This document shows, one piece after another, positions 49,925-64,000 of a stretch of 64,000 nt of DNA. Within the stretch, counting starts at the first letter, position 1. The number at the start of each line of letters is the position of its first letter. The translations under genes and the position numbers were made by a program. A model generated the notes under the pieces. It was not told the DNA's origin, searched no databases, and was given only the letters and a program-made list of their open reading frames with translations. The DNA is from Hormiphora californensis (Eukaryota > Animalia > Ctenophora), in the NCBI GenBank assembly GCA_020137815.1, contig CM035358.1, forward strand, positions 5,208,001 to 5,272,000, given 5' to 3'.

Positions 49925-50910
49925 ATGATTCAACGTTTCGGATTTAATATCCTTTATCAAGAAATTGGAAAACAACAAATAAAAGAATCAAAGAAGAAAT
50001 CCACATCGTGCTCCTTCAGAAAATCAGACAGTGTCTAGTGGATAAATCCATTGAGCTCCTCTTTCCTGTTTAACTCCGGTTTTCCTCTGGTGATTTCTTG
50101 GCTTTCTGCTAAAAAGGTGCCAAGTGTGTCTCTGGATTTCCGAATGATATCGACCTTGAAGAGGCCAAAGAAGGAGGTCCAGTCTCTTCTGCCTGTGATC
50201 CCCGTGGCCAGCTCCGGGTGGGTATTAAGACAATGCTCTCCCAGGGCAGAGATATTAGTACCAAGTCTCACGGAGGCTTCATGCTCGCCGAGTCTGTCTT
50301 TTAGTGGACGTGACGTTGCGCCTATGTATCCCTTGTCACACTCCATGCATGTTGTCCTGTATACCACGTGTGGCCAGTCACATGGGACTTCGTGTTGATG
50401 AATAACACAATCACATTCCCTAGCAGAGTTTTTTATAAGATCTCGTTTTACAAGAGACTCTACTTTGCTACCCGAGGTTGTGGTGATTCTGATGGGCAGT
50501 GAGCATTTCTTTACGACATTCCTGATCTTCCTTAGTGCAGCCTCGTTGGTGTAGGGAACTTTTAGGAGGAAGTCCGCTTCCTTAGAATGGTTGGAAGGTC
50601 GGGGTGTAGGGATTTTGTTGAGCTCAGTAGCGATGATGTTGCTGATGGTTGTCCAGGGGTATCCAGAATCCGCCAGATTAATTCTTAACCTTTCTAGGTG
50701 GGGGTATGCTAGTTCTCTGGTCGAGCATCGGTTGAGAACACGCCTGGATTCCGTTCTCACAATGTTGAGCTTGATAGTCTGCTCACAATGTGAGTCGTAG
50801 TGAAGGTATCTCCCGCTGTGAGTAGCTTTTTGGAAGAGCTCCCACTCAAGTCCGTAATAGGTTGAAGTTGGTAATACAACTGTGCGGACTAGGATGTCGA
50901 GGAAACTCAG
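49925..50910 (-). mobile_element. 5'-truncated Penelope-like element (end of RT + GIY-YIG endonuclease)
   Basis: FLDILV, KATHSGRYLHYDSH, LKVPY, VVYRTTCMECDKGYIGATSRPLKDRLGEH. Confidence 0.9.
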
Positions 50911-51137
50911 CTCAGTAGATCCAGTCTGCTTTCCGGGGGAGGGTTCTTCTCTCGTGAACCGTACTGATGGCCAGATGTTGTTAAGGTCGATAGTATAAAA
51001 CTGCTTTTTAATTGTAGTGACCCCAGTTTGAGTTTAGATTGAGCATCACCGTGTACCCAGTACCATGGTCTGCATAGAGCCCTACCACCTGATTTTAACA
51101 ATGTATTAATTTAACACGAAGCCTACTTGATTTTAGC

Positions 51138-58053
<6,916 letters not shown>

Positions 58054-58340
58054 CTGCTCCCACCTCACCATGCTGCAAGAGATCTATCTAGGTTTGAATT
58101 TGGCGCGAATTCCTCACCAAGCAGCGTGGTATATATCATGCAAGCAGCGTTTGATTTATTATGATCCCTCTTCTTGTTTTTCTGACAAGCCCGTTCAAGC
58201 ATTGATTTTCACTGATAGTTCATTCTGATTTGTTTCTCTGGGGCCTCGGGTGTTTTGTGAAGTAACAATAATATTAACATTCCGGAAATGTGAATTAAAA
58301 ATATGTATTATTATTTGCAAATATGTACTATGATACGATT

Positions 58341-58920
58341 GGTGTGCGGACTCTAGTGCTACACTCTAAGTCTACAGTGGACTCTATATCTAAATTTAGA
58401 TTTAGATAAAGAGTCCAAATAAGTCTAAACTCTAGGAGGACTCTTTATCTAAAAAGTCTACACAGGGCGGACTCTTTATCTAAAAAGTCTAAACAAAGTG
58501 GACTCTATATCTACATAAATCTAAATTAGATATAGAGTCCGCCTTTCGCCGCGAACTCGAGATTTCGGCCGTTAGGCCGGAAACGAGAGTTTGCTCTACC
58601 CCTATACTAATTTAGAAGTGTTAGGGCCGTTATTTGGGTTCGAGGTTAGGGTTAGGGTTAGTGTTAGGGTTAGGTTTTGGGTTGGGTTAGGATTTTAGAC
58701 ATAGAGTCCGGGTTGGAGGATTTGGCGCCAAAATGTACTAGAGGACTCTATATCTAAAAATTCTACACAGGGCGGACTCTTTATCTAAAAAGTCTACACA
58801 GGGAGGACTCTTTATCTAAACTTTTTTCAAAATCTAACTGTAGATAAAGAGTCCGTTTTTAGATATAGAGTCCGCCTTGGATTTAGATAAAGAGTCCGTT
58901 AGCACTAGAGTCCGCCCACC
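58341..58920. mobile_element. MULE-like MITE with GGACTCT(A/T)TATCTA subrepeats and a central TTAGGG-like tract
   Basis: TIR GGTG(T/G)GCGGACTCTAGTGCTA; 9-bp TSD GATACGATT at 58332-58340 and 58921-58929. Confidence 0.88.
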
Positions 58921-59102
58921 GATACGATTTGGGTAAACATGTGATGTGTGTGATTTTGCAAAAAATATGTGAATATATATTATATATAATCATGTTTAAC
59001 TGTGCTTTTAAATTCTGGAAATTAATTAATTCAATGTTTTCGAGTAGTTAATTGACGATTTGTAAACGCATTAAACCAACTTTATTCCATTATAGTATCA
59101 CC

Positions 59103-62100
59103 ATGAAGCGAAAGACAGGAGATATAGGGTCATTAAGTGAGGGAAAGAAGGAGAGAAAACGGAAACGACTCAGCTTTAAAAGTATGTGGTAAACCCAACC
59201 TTCTTAGTCGTGGATATCCACATCCATGGTTACTTGTCAGAATCCCACGTTACCATGGTTACCATACTGTTCTACATAACGTTACCATAGCTACATAACA
59301 ACCATTTTACAGAGCGAAAGAGTACTGGTAACCTCGGATCGCTAGCCTCCCTTGCCTCCAGTGTGACCTCAGTTGAGACAGTACTCTCTGCTGATGATGA
59401 GAGACAGGATAACCAAGTATTGGAGACGGTCCACATTCCATCAGGAAAACCACCACCCCTAACTCCAAGGTAGTTGGAAAAAAATAGCCTTGTTTTACCT
59501 GGTTTATTTTTTATTGTTTTTAATTATTTACTTTTCCCTCCCACAGGACAACGAGTATCACTAGTAAAACCAAGTTCTACGAACAGAAATCATTGTTATT
59601 GGACTTCAAAAGAGAGTTTGGAGACGATGGAGATGATGAAACCCCCACGAACTCTCCCCTTCCCCCTCCCCCTCCGGCAGACCCAACTGAAGGTAAACCT
59701 TGTTTTGTTCGCGAGCCTAGCTTGGCAAGGTAAAACGCAGGTATTTTCCTATCAGGCGTCGCGCTGACAGATCTTGTCTTGTTTATACTGTCCCGTGACG
59801 TGCAGACCCCAGATAGCTAAAAAATATACCCCGTTTCCCAAGAAAGCGTGAGGGTCAGTGATGAAGGGAACATCAATATCAGCCCCATATTATTATTGAT
59901 TGAATGACTAACTTTAATTCCACCTCTCCAGAAGTGGATAGTTCCATCTCTGACCTACCACTCCCTCCACCCATCGCTGGACGGAGTTACACTGTAACAG
60001 TGGCCCTACCTGGATCCTATCTGTGATAATGCCCAGTCACCACAATTGAGGTCCTATCTGGCGGGCCAAGTGGCTCGGGCCCTGGCAATCTTCAACGTAG
60101 ATGAGGTATGGGGCGACATCTTGAGTGTTTGTTCATAGTTTGATCATGTTTTTTCATGTTTATTCTTTCTCTAGGTGGTGATATTTAACGACAAACCCGG
60201 GGTAAAAGTGAAGGGCTCCATGTTTGAGGGGGTTACTAAGAAGACAAATGCAAATATTGTGCTAGCTCGAATACTGCAGTATTTGGAGACGCCACAGTAA
60301 GTTACTGCAATCGACACCTTGGTAACGTAGTAACCCCTCCCTTATCAGCGCGGGAAGGGTTTTTCGTAACCAAATGACAATAGAAATCAATATCTCCCCT
60401 ACCCTCCCACTAAACAGATATAATAAGTACTACCCCCGGCCCTGTACCTCAACTAAATACCTCAACTCCTACCTGTCAGGTATCTAGCTCTGTACCCCAC
60501 CCCTCCCTGTCAGGGGCCTATTCCCCCAAGTCCTACCTGTCAGGGGCCTATTCCCCCAAGTCCCAACATGCCCACTGGACATTAACTAACCGGCCACCCC
60601 TCCCTGTCAGGTATCTCCGGAAGGCCCTATTTCCCCACCATCCAGACCTAAAGTTTGCGGGACTCCTCAACCCCTTGGACTGCCCCCACCACATGCGGGC
60701 TACAGAGATAGCACCCTTCAGAGAGGGGGTGGTGGTGAAGAGACCTGTTAAAAAGGGCAAGGGATCTTTTGTTGACTGCGGGATTGACAAGGTAAATTCA
60801 AAATTGTGTTTTAGAATTTGCTGCTACCCTCAGTCAAGTCCCGTTTTCACAAATACGGTTTTGTTGTTAAAGTGAGAGTGGACCGAATCAGAATCGGACG
60901 AGTTTGTTGTAGGTAGTAGAGATTAGCTTTCTGAGCATTTTGCGTTTTTGCCGCTCAAAATCGACCCACCCATCACTGAGATATTTTTGTTATGTTGGGA
61001 GAACTCCTGTTTAATCAGTATGTATAAAACAGAATAGAAACAATCGTGGTGTTTTATTAACACATTCTGAATATGAGCAGTGAGGTTGACATGTCCATGC
61101 ACAGAAGAAGGGCAATGCAAGCCAGCATATTAAAAATTTAAAGAATGTGTTAGTAAAACACAAGGATTGTTTCTATCCTGTTTGATAAATATTGATCCAG
61201 CAGAAATTCTCCCAACATAACAAAAATATCTCAGTGATGGGTGGGTCGATTTTGAGCGGCAAAAACGCAAAATGCTCAGAAAGCTATTCTCTACTGACTA
61301 CAACAAACTTGTTCAATTCTGATCCGGTCCACTCTCACTTTAATATGCCCCGACTCCTGAGGGGGGGGGGGCATATATGACCTCACAAACTTATCCTTCA
61401 ATCAGGAAGTGCGTATAGACAAGGAACTGGAGCCAGGAACTAGGCTGACCGTCCGAATGTCCCCTGACGAAGGTACGATACACTCTTTTTATATCACTCT
61501 TCCAATCCTTTTTAAATCCTCTGTCCCTCGGAGTTTTATTTTTTGCAATCCAAAAATATTCAGAAATATTCTGATAAATTTTGAAATAAATTTAGTGGCC
61601 CCCGATTTAGTGGCACCCCGATTTAGTGGCAGGATTTTTTTTCCCCCGAGGATGCCACTAAATCGGGGTCCGACTGCACAAGCCAAACCATCTCAACCAT
61701 GGCCATCTCCCATCTTTTGACCCGATCTCGCCACGATGAAACAAAAGTAGCGAGGGTTAGAACATCACTACTAAACCCTCCCCGTAGAGAGTACTGGTAA
61801 ACACTACAAGGGAGTGGCAGTATCACCCGACACGCCCCGTACCGAACTGGGAACCTACTGGGGATACCGGGTCCGTCTGGCGGAGAGTTTCAGTACGGTG
61901 TTCACGGAGTGTTCTTATAAAGATGGATATGACCTGACAATTGGTACCAGCGATAAAGGGGACTTAGTGGAGAAGACAACCTTCAGACATTTCAGGTATC
62001 AAACCTCGATTTACCGGACCTCGATTTAGCGGAACCACGATTTACTGGACAGATAAATTTCCACCAATATTTTACCAGAGTCCGGTAATTCAATATCGAC

Positions 62101-62525
62101 TGTAATGCCACAGGGATGCCACACATTATATTTCAGGCATGTGATTGTCTTCCTGGGCGGACTCCAGGGCTTGGAACCAGTAATAGAGGCGGATGAGTCA
62201 CTTCAGGAGGCAGATCCTCGGACCATGTTTGACTACTACCTCAATACCTGCCCAAACCAGGGCAGCAGAACTATTAGGACTGAGGTTAGTTTGCTAAAAA
62301 AGAGGGAATTGGGGGAGTCATAACTCATAGTTTCCCATAATACCCGGGCGTTATGCAGTTAAATCAGCGTTTAGCTAAGTAACCAAATAGAAAATAAAAG
62401 GTGACTAAAACCATGTAAATTATACATTGTAACTCGGATAATAATCTCTGAATTCCCAGGAGGCGTTACTGATTACCCTAGCGTCGCTACGACAAAAAAT
62501 CGAGGAAAATGGACTGAGAGATTAA
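59103..62525 (+). CDS. SPOUT1: SPOUT-domain RNA methyltransferase (C9orf114/CENP-32); apparent +1 frameshift at ~60016
   Basis: TVTVALPGS, DNAQSPQLRSYLAGQVARALAIFNVDE, LQYLETPQYLRKALFP.HPDLKFAGLLNPLDCPHH, GTYWGYRVR, YDLTIGTSDKG, YLNTCPNQGSRTIRTEEA. Confidence 0.93.
60871..61339. mobile_element. Kolobok-like foldback MITE
   Basis: TTAA-AGTGAGAGTGGACCG...CGGTCCACTCTCACT-TTAA; long imperfect arms. Confidence 0.85.
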
Positions 62526-62820
62526 AAAGAGTAGGGTGTGTGCATTAGAGTGAGAACTATTTTAACCTTTTTTATTGTGTCATTAAAACAGTTTTTAGAT
62601 GCTTGACTGGTTATTTAGTATTTTGTAGTTTATTTCATTACCTGACCTGCCCAAGTTACCCGGTTTCTAAACAACTAATTAGAATCCTCATATTAGCTTT
62701 AAAATGATGGTAGCAGAACCAGGTCAAGAGAGCTCAACAACTACCCTACCCGACTCTACAGAGGAACTGACAGCTTACATCCAACGGTACGGAACAGTTG
62801 GTTACAAAGTCCAAATATAC

Positions 62821-63950
62821 TGTTGCTTATCTTGTAATTTCTCGTGTGTTTGATCTGTGATCGTCTCGACCCTTTGTAAATTTGCCCCGTAATTCTAAAC
62901 CTGCCCTCGCACGACCTTTCTTTGTGGACCCCACGTACCTAAAACCAACACTCCAACTACTATCAACTATGCAGAATATACCCAAACAGATAAGAAATAG
63001 TCTGTCTGTCAGTCTACCTGTTAATATGTAGTTTGTCTGTCATTGTCTGTCATTGTCTGTCGTTCAGTGAGCCATTTATTTATCACATATCTTATAATTC
63101 ATCTGACCGACCCGTTTCTCTACTGACACCCTATCTCTGACTCCTTCCATCACACCCTATCCCACCCACCCCTCTCCTTCTACCCTATCTTTATAGAATA
63201 TGATTATTATGTTATATCTTAAGGTCTTTTATTGTCTAGTGTTGATAGTATGTTGTTTCTTGCAACCCTGAACACAAGGATAATAGGAGCCACGACAGAG
63301 TCTGTCCTGGCTACTATTTCCACGCCCGCCACCATTCCGGCCACCCAGGTTATGGTTCCCACAGCCCAAAATCTCCTGGTGGTTCTGTACAGCAGTGTTA
63401 ATTGGATTGACAGCCATATCCCTCTGCCACGAACAGCCAACCACCCACAGCTTCCACCCATTAAAATATTCATGAAACTATATCCAATCCAATTCACTTC
63501 CCTTTCCCATTATCCTTACCCTCCAACTGTTACAGGAACTTCGTTACAACATATAGACTACACTGGACAACACCTTTTATAGCCATTCTGATCTCCCCGA
63601 CTGTCCTCGAGTCATCATGGGGACCTCTCAGATCAGAAATGTGCTCCTCAACCTCTCTCTTCTATTCTTCCCGATTCCCACTTCTTCCAAAATCCCTCCA
63701 CGTCGGAGACACTTCAAGATCCGGCACGATAACCAGGACAGCGATGTCCCCCGCATCTGACTCTGTGTTCGGTACCAACAAGTGTACCACTGGGTATCGT
63801 GTATGTCGGTTGGAGTAAGACTGAGTTACTGGGGTCTCCCCTATATTTTCCATCAAGGCTAGCATGAAAATACTATCAGAGTAGACCAAGATGAGGGGGA
63901 GAACTCAGTATCCCAGGTTCCTAAGACGTCTTTAACAAACAAACAAACAA
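62821..63950 (+). mobile_element. 1.13-kb non-coding retroposon insertion
   Basis: 17-bp TSD ACAAAGTCCAAATATAC at 62804-62820 and 63951-63967; (CAAA)n tail. Confidence 0.82.
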
Positions 63951-64000
63951 ACAAAGTCCAAATATACCATAATCTAGCAAAGAATCATTAGCTTTACCGT

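Overview
Eukaryotic (animal) genomic DNA: compact, intron-rich genes interleaved with a very high density of non-autonomous transposons. The 109-bp CAGGAACCGACC...GGTTCCTG repeat and a repeated Cys/Trp secreted domain suggest a ctenophore such as Pleurobrachia; this is from recall and not verified. Host genes reconstructed by hand from splice sites and codon phases are GPAA1 (-, with a secreted-protein gene nested antisense in one intron), PRPF40 (-), a PB1-like/low-complexity gene (+), an SVOP-like MFS transporter (+), a secreted galactose-binding/F-type-lectin-like mosaic gene (+), NRBF2 (+), an ACAP-type BAR-PH-ArfGAP (+) and SPOUT1 (+). Mobile DNA includes giant foldback elements, Kolobok/piggyBac/hAT/Tc1/MULE-like MITEs, CR1-, CRE- and Penelope-type retroelement fragments and TSD-flanked retroposons. 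The main highlights are: (1) a 3.9-kb non-autonomous mini-Polinton/Maverick with AGTAGT ends, a 6-bp TSD, about 0.8-kb TIRs, two TATA-driven ORFs and a tRNA-like B-box; (2) a 53-bp micro-transposon inside a coding exon that can be removed exactly as a 62-nt GT-AG intron (introner-like); (3) repeated tandem amplification of splice sites themselves; (4) a CCDC106-like ORF in an ACAP intron, in phase to act as an alternative last exon.
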